DNA of 42,418 nt, taken from the NCBI GenBank assembly GCA_032718475.1, contig JAUCBJ010004583.1, positions 1-42,418 on the forward strand, given 5' to 3'. The position numbers were made by a program, and so were the translations under genes. Under the pieces are notes generated by a model that saw nothing but the letters and a program-made list of their open reading frames with translations, made no database searches and had not been told where the DNA came from. The first letter of the stretch is position 1. Each line of letters begins with the position of its first letter. This DNA comes from Nemertoderma westbladi (Eukaryota > Animalia > Xenacoelomorpha). This document shows, one piece after another, positions 1 to 12,898 of the stretch.

Positions 1-1677
1 CAGTCGGGGTCTCAAAGTGCATCTGTTTTTTGAGATTTTCTCAAAGTTTTTCTAAAAGTCTCTAAAAGTCATTACATTACTCCCAACGGCCGCTTTGAAT
101 TCTTGTAGACACTTTTAGTTGGGAATCTCAAAGTGATTTCCTGCTTTTAGGCACTTTGAATTCTTTGAATCCTTTGAGAAATGTCACTTTGAGGTAGTTT
201 GCGGCACTTTTAATTCTTTGAGAAAATAAACTCCGAGGTATTCCTGATTGACAGCTCGTGGTAAGTTAACTGAGAGGCAGAGGCATTCTCGGGGAACAAT
301 ATTATGCGGGCAACACAGTGATACTTGTGTGCTGGCCAGTTGTTGCATAGAAGCTATATTCCCATTAATTTATCAAATTGAGGTTCCTGAGGTCATTACG
401 GGATGGGTTTTCGGTCGCAAGTACAAATTGAATGTACGGCACCCTAAAGTCTTTCTAAAAAACATTCATTCAAATAATACATGAAACATAATTAGTGAAA
501 CAAGATTAATTTTTGACAAGATTGATTATTTTAATAACATAATACAATATCAGATTAACAATTAATATAAGAGAAACTGCACTGTAGTATCTCTGTGTAC
601 GCTTTAATGACCTAAAGAAGCCCTGTTGGGAGAAAGCTTGTAATAACATTTGTTATTCATTTCATTAGTCACCTCAGGTCAAACCGTACTACCTTAACTG
701 TTTAATATGATAACTACGGTGATGAGAGCGCGAGAATTCCTTCTTAAAATCTAAGAAAGGCTTTCAACTTTCAAGTACGATAGAACGGCTACAATCGTGT
801 GTTGTTTTAGCTTAATAGAGATATTAAAATATCCCCTGCCGCTGGCGTTTATATTTGAACATATTTTAAATGTTTGCCTCATATTCAATTGATGTGTACC
901 GCCGTCTGGCAAAGCGGCACCCAGTTTAAACTATCAATCACAGCTAGTGCGTAGCGACCCACGGACGGCGACCTTCAAACAAACAGGTGACATCTATGGG
1001 AACAGCCAATTAGTGCGCTTGAATCATTTATCTTTATTCCTGCCTCTATCGTTATTCTTTACTTTGTACAGTATAACACAATTTACAGTGCGGCAAAGTA
1101 TGGCTGGTTGACCATTGAAATGCATTGGTAAAGGTATTCGGCGTTCACGTGGGCTAAACAAATTTAAACAGTACAGTTTTAGTACTATACATTAATATAG
1201 ATAGGGCAACAGACAAACCATCTATGACACAAATACCAACACATTCCGATATCCCGCAATTATGGCGTCTCTAAAGAGTCAAAATATAAATTAATAAAAT
1301 CCTCTATGAAACAATAAAAATACCTACAAAAAAATACTGCTGTATTAAATATTAGTTACTGCAGTAACATATAACAATTACAGAAAAATACAATTTTTTA
1401 TTACTTTCAGTAACAAATATTTATTACTGCAGTATTTTTTGGAGGCATCTTTATTGTTTCATAGAGGTTTTTATTACTTATATTTTACCCTATAGTCAAG
1501 GTCAATATACCCCATACCATAGCCAGCTTCAGGCAGGACTGTATGAAATGACTGACAGTACTACTTTGAAATCTTTGAGGACACTTTGTCATTTTCTTGG
1601 ACCACTTTTAGAAATTTGAGACACTTTTAGTTCTTTGAGAAAATCTCAAAGAACAGATGCACTTTGAGACCCGACTG
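1..1677. mobile_element. Non-autonomous Tc1/mariner-like TIR element
   Basis: ~46-bp TIRs (CAGTCGGGGTCTCAAAGTGCATCTG... at 1; ...CAGATGCACTTTGAGACCCGACTG ending 1677), followed by TA. The paralogous empty site at 41858-41859 has a single TA. No transposase ORF. The left TSD is outside the window. Confidence 0.75.
1271..1495. repeat. Small foldback/MITE-like inverted repeat nested in the TIR element
   Basis: Left arm ...AATCCTCTATGAAACAATAAAAATACC...AATACTGC is the imperfect reverse complement of right arm GCAGTATT...TTTATTGTTTCATAGAGG... Confidence 0.55.
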
Positions 1678-1783
1678 TATGTGTACATACTGTACTTCGG
1701 TAATAGTACATCGGATCACTTGTATACTGTATGCATCTAGAACTCAGCGTATTGGCGCTATATAAATACTTATTATTATTATT
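1678..1783 (+). mobile_element. L2-type LINE 3' tail (paralog of 41858-41963)
   Basis: GCGCTATATAAAT followed by (TTA)n; nearly identical to the tail that follows the L2-like coding remnant at 41570-41730. Confidence 0.6.
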
Positions 1784-1789
1784 AAAATT

Positions 1790-2150
1790 GGTGAAAATTT
1801 CACCAAAAAATTATATTACACCAATTTAAATAATGTAATCCCAAAAACACCAAAATTATTCTTCAAACACCAAAATTAATTTTTTAACACCAAAATCAAT
1901 TATTCAACACCAAAATAAATGACAAAACCACCAAAATAAATACAAATTTTGCCAATATAAATACAAATTTTCCCAAAATAAATGCAAATTTTTCCAAAAT
2001 AAATACAAATTTTCCCAAAATAAATATAAATTTTCCCAAAATAAATACATTTTCCCCCAAAATAAATACAATAATCCCCCTAAATAAATATATAATCCCC
2101 CAAAATAAATACATATTCCCCCAAAATAATCAAATATTTTGCCAAAATAA
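1790..2150 (+). repeat. ~21-bp AT-rich minisatellite (CCCAAAATAAATACAAATTTT-like)
   Basis: Visible tandem units; source of the spurious FVFILGK-repeat ORFs; paralog at ~41970-42340. Confidence 0.8.
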
Positions 2151-2859
2151 ACAGACTCTTATTCTTATAGTTACAGACTCTCAGTTGCAGACTATTCTTA
2201 CGAGGATCGTCGGGTGAGTACAAAACAAAGACCCAAGACTTTACTGCCCGTTCTGTACAAAACAAAGACCCAAGACTTTACTGCCCGTTCTGTACAAAAC
2301 AAAGATGTAAAGTCAAGTTATAGTTCATATGCGTACCTCTGGTATTTTCGTATTGCAAAAATATGACTATAAGTATGAAATACTGAGATATTGTTTATTG
2401 TTTTGGTTAGAAAAGCCCACCACTGTAACCTGCTCCTTTCCGTTAATTAAGTAATAGAGATTAGTTTATTGTTTTGGTTAGAAAACACCACCACTGTAAC
2501 CTGCTTCTTTTACCAGAGGTACGCATATGAACGCTAAAGTCATATTCAGACATTAACACCCAAAGAGCGTTAGGTCCCATTGCCATGCCATGCCATTAAA
2601 AGGAGCATGTTAGTAAAGGAGCAGGTTACAGAGGCGTGTTGGGGGAACCCAAAACAATAAAAGAAAGTTAACACATGTTATAAGATTATGCAGGTCTTTC
2701 TTTATATGTAATTCAGTAATTGGGTCTTTGGTCTCTGTTTTGTACTCACCCGCGGATTGTCGGTATAATACTGTATGATTAAACATTTTGTTTGATTTAT
2801 GGAAATATATGATGAACGAATTTGTAAAAATAAATTTTCCATACAATATTTGGAGTTGG

Positions 2860-3030
2860 GAGAATTGTTTTTGATTGATAAGTAAATATTTTAGGGAGAT
2901 TGAATAATTGTTTTTGGGGTATGAAGAATTGTTTTTGAGGGAATGAATAATTGTTTTTGAGGGAATGAATAATTGTTTTTGGGGGATGAATAATTGTTTT
3001 TGGGGGGTGAATAATTTTCTTTGGTGAGAG
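2860..3030 (+). repeat. ~21-bp minisatellite (GAATAATTGTTTTTGGGGGAT-like)
   Basis: Visible tandem units, related in inverted orientation to 1790-2150; paralog at ~26110-26215. Confidence 0.75.
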
Positions 3031-4276
3031 AGATATTCAAAATTGGGGGAAGTAAATTGGTGCTACAAAAAAATATATTTGGTTCTAAATAATTTTTTTG
3101 GTGTGAAATCATCTATAATTTGGGGTGGCATTCAATTAGTGGCGATTCAAATTTTTTTCTATGATGTTACAAATAGGTCAGAGAGTGTCTGTGTCCTTGG
3201 TCTGTGTGAAATAACTTTCAATATAATTTAAATTCTATATAAGCCAACTAAGACCACAGATACCTCTAGTACACGGACAAACAAACACACGCTGGAGATT
3301 TGTATAAAGTAAAGTACTATATTGACTATACTTATTGATAAATGCAGGGGTGAGTTTTCATTGGAGGGAGTTAAAATACACTAGGGAAAATACCTCCCGG
3401 GACTCCGGGAGTGAGAATACACTAACACTAGGGAATTCTGACCGGGGAGTGATTTTGCATGGGGAGAGAAAATTATCTGTTACACCGATATTTACATAAT
3501 ATACATACATATTATATTTTTCAGTTTATTACCACTGTCTGACTGTGCATGCTTTGTGTGGGAATTGTTCTTAAACAATAAATGCGAGATAAATCGGTCC
3601 AAAAATGGCCACTGGGGAAAGGTGTTTGTCACTGTGTCTCAAATGTAATAGAGTAGAGTAAGAAAGAACCCTTTCAGCCTTTGTTTTCTGCCCTAGCTTC
3701 TTTATATTTTGCCCTAAACAACTGGACGGTATGCGGTGCTGTAGCCGGTAGGAAGTAGGAAGGCTATTCAGCTATTACAGTATTACAGTATTATTGGTAC
3801 CGGTATTTTATTTATTTTTGTATTCGAATTTATTTCCGTAATTTATTTACTACCGGTACGGCGGTTACAGTAATATAGGCCTATGATATTAGCCTAATAA
3901 ATACTGAAATAACCAGATAACTGCACGCGCCAACAACAGAAAATGAATATCGCTCAGCATTATAAATGCCGATTATAGGTTATCTTATATAGCTTATATT
4001 CTCATATACCCATTCTTCCCCAAAGAGCCAGTTACCACCCAAAGAGCGTAAGGTCCCAAAGAGCGTAAGGCCATTGCTAATTAAAGGAGCAGTTTAGTAA
4101 AGGAGCAGGTTACAGGAGGCGTGTTGGGGGCACCAAAACAATAAACGAAAATTAACACATGTGTTTTGTACGGGTCTTTATTTTGTTTTTCTTTATCGTT
4201 ATTTGTTTTGTAGTCACCCTCCAATAGATGGATATTATTACGTTGATAAAACGATGGCCGTTGGGGACCATCGTAA

Positions 4277-4662
4277 CTACAATACATAGATAATTGGTTC
4301 CATGATAGATAAATTGGCGCCAACTACTAGCGAGGTATTGTTAGACAACCCCTCTGTTACGATTTTATAAAGTGACGAGGCCGCAAACCTTCCATTGTAA
4401 AGTTCCAGTATTTTTGTATTCCCTGAATCAAACTCCCAGAGTTACCCACCGATGTTGGTAGGGATAGAGGCCCCATGTTCTTAGTAGCTACCGGTGTATC
4501 TGTTATATCTATTGTATTTGGATCTAATTGGTACCGAATTCTATAACAACGTCCACTTCTAAGGCGCTCCACTCCCCTAAGCATTGTAGCAGCTGCATTC
4601 AGTATTACAGTCAGCCAAACCCAGAAAGTATTAAAGGCCCCGCCTGGTGAGGTTTGTGTCAT
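4277..4662 (-). pseudogene. Degraded coding relic with fibronectin type III-like motifs
   Basis: Minus strand reads ...VERLRSGRCYRIRYQL... Combining with the paralog near 30070-30130 gives ...FT(M/I)EGLRPQSLYKIVTEG..., resembling the FN3 'GL.P.T.Y.I.V' motif. Both copies have indels. Motif recognition only. Confidence 0.3.
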
Positions 4663-4732
4663 TAATTTAAATTATATTGGTAATATTTAGACTGTCACAT
4701 TTATACGTCAGTTAGTCTGAATTGTATTAAAT

Positions 4733-6515
4733 ATGTCTTCGAATACTTTGAGTGACGCTGCTTGGGATTTACTGGATCGTATCATGGCAGATGAAAGTGA
4801 TTCTCAGTCCGGTGATGAGGAACAAGAGAACTGCGTCGCTCCACCAACTGTTAATAAAGAAATCGACACAAACAGCGGTATAAACGTTATCAGGTTTTAA
4901 ATCAGAAGCGGAACCTATTTGCGGTACTTCCGAAGATAAATCTCGAAAGATCAAACAAGAGTTCTGTACAGAGGAACAATATTCTAATAATCAAATCGGC
5001 AACACAAACAGCGGTATAAACGTTATCAGTTTTAAATCAGAAGCGGAATCTATTTGCGGTACTTCCGAAAATAAATATCGAGTTGTAAGACACAATTTCT
5101 GTATTGAGAAACAATCTGCTTGTGAAGTTATTGCTAAATCCGTTCTCAAGGGTAAGCGAATTAATCGTAAAGTAAATTTAAAGAATCCCAAACAATCATT
5201 GCATAACGGTATCAAGTATAAATGCGTTTATTGTGACAAACAATTTAACCACAAAGGAAATCTGAAGATACACATAGAATCAGTACATAAAGGTATCAAG
5301 TATAATTGTGAGTCTTGTGACAAACAATTTAATCAAAAAATAAATCTGAAGATACACATAGAATCAGTACATAAAGGTATCAAGCATAATTGTGAGTCTT
5401 GTGACAAACAATTTAATCAAAAAAGAAATCTGAAGATACACATAAAATCAGTACATAAAGGTATCAAGTATACATGCGGTTCTTGTGACAAACAATTTAG
5501 TGACAAAGGATATCTGAAGATACACATGGAATCAGTACATAAAGGCATCAAGTATAAATGTGGTTCTTGTGACAAACAATTTACTGACAAAGGATATTTG
5601 AAGAAACACATGGATTCAATTCATAAAGGTATCAAGTATAATTGCGGTTCTTGTGACAAACGATTTAATGACAAACAGATACTAAAGAAACACATGGAAT
5701 CAGTACATAAAGGTATCAAGTATAATTGTGGTCTTGTGACAAACAATTTAGTGACAAAGGGAGTCTAAAGAAACACATGGATTTAATTCATAAAGGTATC
5801 AAGTATAATTGCGGTTCTTGTGACCAACAATTTACTCAAAAAGGACATCTAAGGACCCACATAGAATCAGTACATAAAGGCATCAAGTATAAATGTGGTT
5901 CTTGTGACAAACAATTTACTGACAAAGGATATCGGAAGAAACACATGGAATCAATTCATAAAGGTATCAAGTATAATTGCGGTTCTTGTGACAAACGATT
6001 TAATGACAAACAGATACTAAAGAAACACATGGAATCAGTACATAAAGGTATCAAGTATAAATGCGTTTATTGTGACAAACAATTTACTCAAAAAGGAAAT
6101 CTAAGGACCCACATAGAATCGGTACATAAAGGCATCAAGTATAAATGCGGTTATTGTGACAAACAATTTAGTCAAAAAGGATATCTGAAGGAACACATAG
6201 AATCAGTACATAAAGGTATCGAGTCAAAATGTGTTTATTGTGACAAACAATTTACTAACAAAGGATATCTGAAGATTCACATAGAATCAGTACATAAAGG
6301 TAAAGGTAAAGAAACACATGGAATCAATTCATAAAGGTATCAAATATAATTGCGGTTCTTGTGACAAACGATTTAATGACAAACAGATACTAAAGAAACA
6401 CATGGAATCAGTACATAAAGGCATCAAGTATAAATGCGGTTCCTGTGACAAACAATTTAGTGAAAAGGGATATCTGAAGAAACACATAGAATCAGTTCAC
6501 AAAGATACCAATTAA
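4733..6515 (+). pseudogene. Multi-C2H2 zinc-finger gene, copy 1 (15 fingers plus a remnant), frameshifted
   Basis: ATG at 4733 (MSSNTLSDAAW, as in copy 2). Disabled by an extra G at ~4893, a 1-bp loss at ~5730 and a deletion at ~6300. C-x2-C-x12-H-x4-H units with KGIKY linkers; ends HKDTN-TAA. Confidence 0.9.
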
Positions 6516-7396
6516 GGCTCCTGGTGGTGGAATCTGTAAATTAAATTACTGACTTCAATCCCGTTTTATCAACATAAACTCATAATCTGCGGTACAGCTG
6601 TCTGTCTGTTCATCCCCTTACCAAAAACTATATGTGCACTTTGTTATCTTAAACTGAAAGTGTTGATGTTGAGTTTACATTAATGATATATAATTTTAAC
6701 TATATCATATAATTATTTCACCATGGCTCGTGAAATAATTATTAACCAATCAGACCCCAGACAGATATTTTGCGCGGGAAGGTTTTAACTTTTAAGTAAA
6801 TTTTCCCGGAATAACATTTTTCATTTTCAAATAAATAATCATCTGCTATTTTTCACCAAATTTCATTAATTCAGCTTATTGGAACTGGTTTCGACAGTTC
6901 TTTAAATGTAGGCCTATCTTATGAAATTTTGATAAATATTTGCACTTTTGTGTAATTTATTATAAATAAAACGTTAATAAATTAATTAAAATTCAAATGG
7001 CAAATTAAAAGTTATATATAAGATAACTTTTGTAGATTCGATGGCGCTGAGTACAAAAAATGTTATTCCGTGAAATTTGGATTAAGATTAAGGCTTAATC
7101 TGTGTTTTTACAGAAATATTTATTCCGCCGCCAGCCGTTAAGGGGAGGCAATTAATTTTAAAATCTTTGTATAGAGACTATTTTGGCCTTCCATACCGTG
7201 GTTAACCGTTATAAAATCGTTATATTAACCTCTAACTCAAATTGACAACAATAAAAAGTTAAAAATTTGAAATGTGCCCCCTGCGGCACGAAAAAAATAA
7301 GTAGTGCAAGTGCAAATAAAATTATGAAAAATCACCACCAAATCAACCTGATTTTATCTTATCACCTTTTGGGTTTTCTAGGATGCTGATTCATAA

Positions 7397-7429
<33 letters not shown>

Positions 7430-7689
7430 ATTTTTGCCTGTCACACCGGGACGTAGTTATTCGAAAGTTGATGTTGAAAGCTCAATGTGTGACCCGGACC
7501 TTACTGTGTTGTCATTATCGTTACTTTGAGACTTTACTCACTCAATGTCACTCAGCCTTCATAATATTTCACATTCAGATTAATATTGTACGCAGCGGTT
7601 CCGTCGGATCAATCCTGGTTAGTTATAAAGGAGTGAAAATTATTAGTGGGAACCGCTTTTAATATTTATCTCTGGGGCCGGTTGCATAT

Positions 7690-8216
7690 AACAACACGTT
7701 CGTGGGGACTTCGCGCAGCACGTAGTCGGCAAGCCTTGGCATACGGTTCATATAGAGCAAATGGGGCATGTCTAGTTTGGACCCCATATCCCATGCTATA
7801 AATGTATTCATTCGATATACAATCATATGTTAATCCGCTAGGTGGTGTCAAATTGTTATTCTGCAATTTCGTACTTACCAGTGCACCACTGTACAGCAGT
7901 ACCGTACCGGTAGGCCTATGTCATTACTTCTGAGTCTCTAGCGGATCCCCAATTAAATGTCTTAACTTTTCAATTTCGTAAAAGATAGACTTCATGATTC
8001 TCTACAGGCCATCAAAATTTCAGCTCAGGAAAATGAGGCCTTCCCGAGAAATTTAACATTTTCTAAAAACCACATAATCTGTCGTAGCTGACGTCAGACT
8101 GCATGATTTTTCACCAAACTTTACAAACTTTCTAAACTTTCTCTCTACTACTTACCTACTAAGTTTGGTTCAATTCCGAACGAGCGATGCCGAGAAATTC
8201 GCGTTCAAACATTTAC

Positions 8217-8249
<33 letters not shown>

Positions 8250-8337
8250 AGACGGACAGACAGACGGACATGCCCCATTTGCCCTATATGAACCGTATGC
8301 AAAGGCTCGCCGACTACGTGTCTCGCCCCACAACCGT
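7690..8337 (-). mobile_element. Non-autonomous element with subterminal inverted repeats and (GTCY)n microsatellite (HINE/MINE-like)
   Basis: ~55-bp inverted repeats (CACGTAGTCGGC...GCAAATGGGGCATGTC) near both ends and a GACA/GACG microsatellite at ~8219-8269. Absent at the paralogous site ~36678. Family assignment is by architecture only. Confidence 0.6.
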
Positions 8338-8558
8338 AAGTTTAAGTGGCTACTAAAAGTAAGTTGGGGTTGTTGGTTCAAAATTACATCATGACCTGGA
8401 ATATAGTGTCGTTATTCATTCAGGAACATAACACACCCCCCCCCCCCCCCCCCCCCCCCAATTTTCCAATTTTTCTTAAAATCTTAATGAGATTGCACGA
8501 AATTTAAAACCGAAATAGTTTCACCTCCCTCCTCCTTCCTGGGTGAGCCAGAATTTTT

Positions 8559-9190
8559 ATTTTCGCTTTCATTCTTTGATACGAGCGTTTAAAAAAAAAG
8601 TGTCTCCGTCGATATTGCACCAGTTACACCGCATTTATTCTTTAACTTTATAGTGATTTGTTGGTACGGCTAGAACGCTGGCCATGCAATGATTCCAAAT
8701 ATGTAATAAAAATCTGAATTCCGTCGTAAAAATAGCGGAGATATGAGCGTTCAAAAGTTGCATGGTTTTGCACGTGCGCGAGGCTATTTTATTCTATATA
8801 TTTAATACATACAACATTATTCTGGAACATATTGTTTATCCCATAAGTAGCTGGGAAACAATACAATACCTATTTAATCATACTATTATGTAGCTATTCA
8901 TACCTTAACAAAATGTTCCAGAATAATAATAATGTATTTATTAAATAGAATAAAAGAGCCTTGTGCAGGTGCAAAACCATGCAACATTTTAACGCTCATA
9001 TCTCAGCTATTTTACAACGAAATTCAGGTTGTGAAACATATTTGGAATCCAGTATAGAGGCCAGCTTTCTAACAGTACCAACAAATCACCATAATATTAA
9101 AGAATAACTGCGACGGTGAAACTGAAACTGGTGCAATATCGTCAGATACACCCTTTTCAAACGATTGTAGCTAAAGAATGAAACAAAAAT
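8559..9190. repeat. ~630-bp imperfect palindrome (foldback element)
   Basis: Arms pair along their length, e.g. GTGATTTGTTGGTAC/GTACCAACAAATCAC and GATATTGCACCAGTT/AACTGGTGCAATATC; centre ~8870. Confidence 0.8.
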
Positions 9191-9317
9191 ACTGTAACAA
9201 GCGCGAAATCGCGCAAAGGTCCGCATCAACCAACGCATGAACCGCCTCTTTTAATTTTTTATGAAATAATTGATAAACTACCTTTTTAATTTAAGGGGGG
9301 GGGGGGGGGGGAGGGGG

Positions 9318-10549
9318 TGTACGCGCTTTTGAAGACCTTTAGCAGTTTAACCTGCCAAAATTTATATGTCTTTTGGTTTATAAATAGACTTTAGAAGTTG
9401 ACAAATATTTAATACCAATAAACACAACATTAGCAGAAGCCAGCCTAGTGCGCGTCCATTCACCCGCTGGATATACCCGGGGGGCTGGATTCTGAGGGCT
9501 TAGATTATTATTGCAGTGTAAGCTTACTGTATTATTCGATTGATCGTTAATAAATAATTTCTGACTAATATTATTCACTTTCGGGAAATATTAACAGTTC
9601 CTTTAGGACGTGGCGCTCTATCTAGGTAAACAGAGATATGACTTATACTAATCACAACGGTAAGTCGGTGAGGCTTATGATTCACGTATGAGGCGCATTC
9701 TTTAGGAAATGCTTAGTTATCAGTCACAATCAGGCACACTACCGGTAACACACAATACTGCTCACTAATTTGCCGACCGTCAATGAATTTTATCATATAT
9801 AAAGAGAACAGCAATGGACTCATGTAGTGCTTATCAAATAGCATTAAATTCACTACAAACCACAATAATATAAGTCGCAATCGCTATATATAACCCTTCT
9901 CTCTAACCTGTAGTGTATCAAGAAAATTGGGAAATTTGGGTTCTTTATAAATGTTCTCCAAATAATATTCAATCAAAACACAACAGTAAATAGCATTAAG
10001 ACGGTAGGTTAAGATGTTAACACTGTTTGACTGGACCGATAACAGTTATACGCTCTATAATCTTAAGCCTACTAATGTTTCTTCTAAAGTATGAAAACGA
10101 ATTGACTCTAGAGCCGGTGTTCCTGGCCTAGATACAAACAACACAACAGTATCACAAAAAACAGTAAGACTGAACACTCCCAGTATGATCGGCCGAATAT
10201 CTCCACATCGACAGAAAAAATCGCTCTGATTGGTTTAAGCTAAACAAAGAACCATGTGTCCAATGGCCGTTTCCATGTCAGCAACCAGCTGTTAGATGTC
10301 GCAATCTGAATCATCAAGGCCAAGCTGTGTAAAGGTATTTGGTACATTGCGGGTTTTTTGCCTTACCATGTCCGCCAAAACACGTATATAGAAGAATGAC
10401 TTTTATGTCCGTTAAAACACCTATAACGGTACCTTGCGGGCGAGGGGAATATATATATAGTTAGAGAGCCTTTTAGAGTATTCCAGCGCCTGGGGGGAAA
10501 CTGGATTGCGAAGCAAAAGGGCCAGTTATATCCCACAGAAGCTTTTACA
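9318..10549 (-). repeat. 3' LTR (1232 bp)
   Basis: TGTACGCGC...CTTTTACA; by eye differs from 24056-25298 by about 6 substitutions, a 12-bp indel and a 1-bp indel. Confidence 0.96.
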
Positions 10550-10557
10550 CCGCTCCC
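10550..10557 (-). promoter_or_regulatory. Polypurine tract
   Basis: Minus strand reads GGGAGCGG immediately before the 3' LTR start TGTAAAAG. Confidence 0.65.
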
Positions 10558-10627
10558 AGAAAATGGGATTTGAGTCTATAAAATATACAAAATCACAGTT
10601 TCTAATATACGTAAATACTCTAAACAG

Positions 10628-12077
10628 TTAGTCTTTCTTGCGCGGACGGCGTTTACGCAGTTTTTTAAAGCTAGCCAGAGTCCTTTTCTCTTTGGGGCGA
10701 GCCACTTTACAAGGAGGGCTATAACTCCTGGGTGAAGGGTGCAATATGATTGCATCAGAGGGTGTAGGATTATGGTCGGTGTATCCGCCAGTCGAAGTAC
10801 CGGGTTGATTGACATCAACGTCAGGGGAGAGGGTTCTAACGGCTTTGAGAGCTCGTTTCAAGACAGCCGCTCTTACGGGTCCTTTACGAGTGGTCTGAAC
10901 GAGAGCCGTGGGTGGACCATAGGCAGTTCGAAACCTCCGGGGTTTAACGGTTCTTTCCAACTCGCGTTCGCGGGCTCGGTATTCGTAAGGCCGTCGATAT
11001 ACTTCCTGTAACTCGGGGTGTGAGTTAACAAATAAGTCTCCATAGTCCGGATCCTGACGGATATAATTGATTAAGTTATAAGAATGAAGGTCGCTAGGAT
11101 TAACACTCCTGAGAAATTTGCGTACGAACTTGGTTGAAATACATTCTCCGACGCGCTTCAGTAGTTCGTAACTCGATATGCGTGATTTCTGTTCGACAGA
11201 AGCGAATAGATAAGGATGGAACGCATAAACTCCTTCGTAAGCGCGTCCAGGATACTAGCGATGGCGCGAATCACCATGTAAATCAGCGTTCGCTTCCCAA
11301 GCTCTGATGTAACGTAGTGTGATCATTTCATCTACGCTTTCCAAATCATGATTAACAGGGCAATCGAAACTGGCGTGTCCCTTTTAGTTGACAATGGTGA
11401 CATTGAGTCATAAATTGAGGGCAAACCGCAAAAATATGCAAGTTATTGAGTCTGCAATATGCGCAATAAATTTCCATAGTCGGTTGTTCTTGGAAATAGG
11501 AACAGCGGACGTTTGTGTCCATGGGCGTATCATGGTCTCTCGATGCGCATAACCGACAACGTTGTCTAGAAACATAGTTGGCATGTCGATAATCGTACGC
11601 AGTGAGACACTGTGGACCTCGATACCATTCTAGGATGTAATCGTTGTCGCTGTTCCGGGCGCGATAGGCTGAATCTCCTCAGATTCTAGGCATATTGGTT
11701 CGTCTTCCCAGTCTGTTACGAATAGAATTTTCGTGATCTATTCTCGGTTTACCGTTACGACTCCGCTGGGTATGATATTTAAATAGAACCATTTCCCTTT
11801 CGGTGTCTACATCGTCCGTATCATGTAAATCGATAGGATGGCCGGTAGTTAGGAAGTCCATATACGTACTATTACGATGCGTATAGCGAGCGGTGAATTT
11901 TCGATAGTCCAATTCACGCGTAAGTTGCTCTTGGGACATCGGCGGTTCGATATAACGACCATCGTCCTCCGTAATGGTTGGATCGGTTTCACCGCGTATC
12001 AAGCTATCCACAAATGCTTGTAAAGGTAGAGTATATCGCTCCCTGATACCAAGATCATCTTCTATCAACTCCGTCAT
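10628..12077 (-). pseudogene. Extra retrotransposon ORF3: ~482-aa triple zinc-knuckle protein with basic C-terminus (disrupted)
   Basis: Manual translation joins track ORFs 11679-12077 and 10628-10960 across TGA (11679-81), a +1 base (11379-81) and TAG (11255-57). Contains CRLCASRDH-x9-C, CAYCRLNNLHIFAVC and CHHCQLKGHASFDC; ends KKLRKRRPRKKD. Confidence 0.78.
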
Positions 12078-12898
12078 ATCTGCTATCTGAGTTTGTTAAT
12101 ATCGAAATGAGTTTATGTTTAGGCGAGCGGACGTCGCTGCCTACCTCTCTTTGCCCCCGGACAGTGGGATCCTCAGCGCCGATGTACCGTCGTCGCGGTG
12201 TTTACGCCAACATGTAGCAACAGCACGACAACGATAACCGGCACAAGTCACTCCACTGTCCGTCCCAAAGGCTTGAATCCACTTTAGGTTCTTTCTATAG
12301 GAGAGTTGGGCTACTTTCACAATTGCGACTAGCTACTGTAAACACACCTTAGCAGTAACATTCACCTACAAACGCACAAATTCCACACAACTGTCACCAA
12401 TTGTACACATACAGGCCATTTGTCCGTTAGTCAGTGCCTTCCAGAATGTCACGTTATTACTGTGTATCCTTGGATACTAACAGTGTGCTATGTATTCTCT
12501 ATGCTATGCAATGGGACAAGCTTTCTGTTGTTCTTTTAACTTGCTTCTAATTCTAGCGTGGGTGTTGCTATGGTGACATTATGGAATGCTAGCGGTAGAA
12601 TTAGGGTAATTCTCATGCATACAGATCTGGGATGCTATTTAATAATAATTCTTTAATTGTCAATATCCTCTTTATGCATGATTTTATTAATTTTATCGGC
12701 TATTGACTATATGTTGGAGATTCTCGCACTCTAATACACTCAATAGGATGAATCTCCGCTCCCATGATCTATTAATTAATGGAATTTTGGGAATGTTATA
12801 AATTGTACAAAATGACAATTTATGAAATTCATTTAAAATATGAATTTAAATTTATTCCCGTGAATTTTATTATTTGATGTTAAAATTGACACAATTTG

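Larger units (their letters stand above)
2706..9317 (+). repeat. Segmental duplication unit 1, left part (paralog of ~25958-37626)
   Basis: Colinear high identity with unit 2 across the upstream region, ZF gene and downstream repeats; differs by TE insertions, indels and finger number. Confidence 0.92.

Noticed and set aside
1896-3231. Short ORFs in minisatellites (also 25908-26248, 26805-27216, 29227-29439, 42105-42302)
   Set aside because: Translations of tandem repeats or TIR units with no protein features.
9378-9578. 66-aa ORF present twice (also 24116-24316)
   Set aside because: Duplicated only because it lies in the LTR; non-ATG start and no recognisable motif.
10628-12077. ORF3 as an envelope gene
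   Set aside because: No signal peptide or hydrophobic transmembrane segment; it has zinc knuckles and a basic tail instead.
12120-12300. Upstream coding exon for ORF3
   Set aside because: The candidate GT/AG junctions I tried did not give a stop-free in-phase join.
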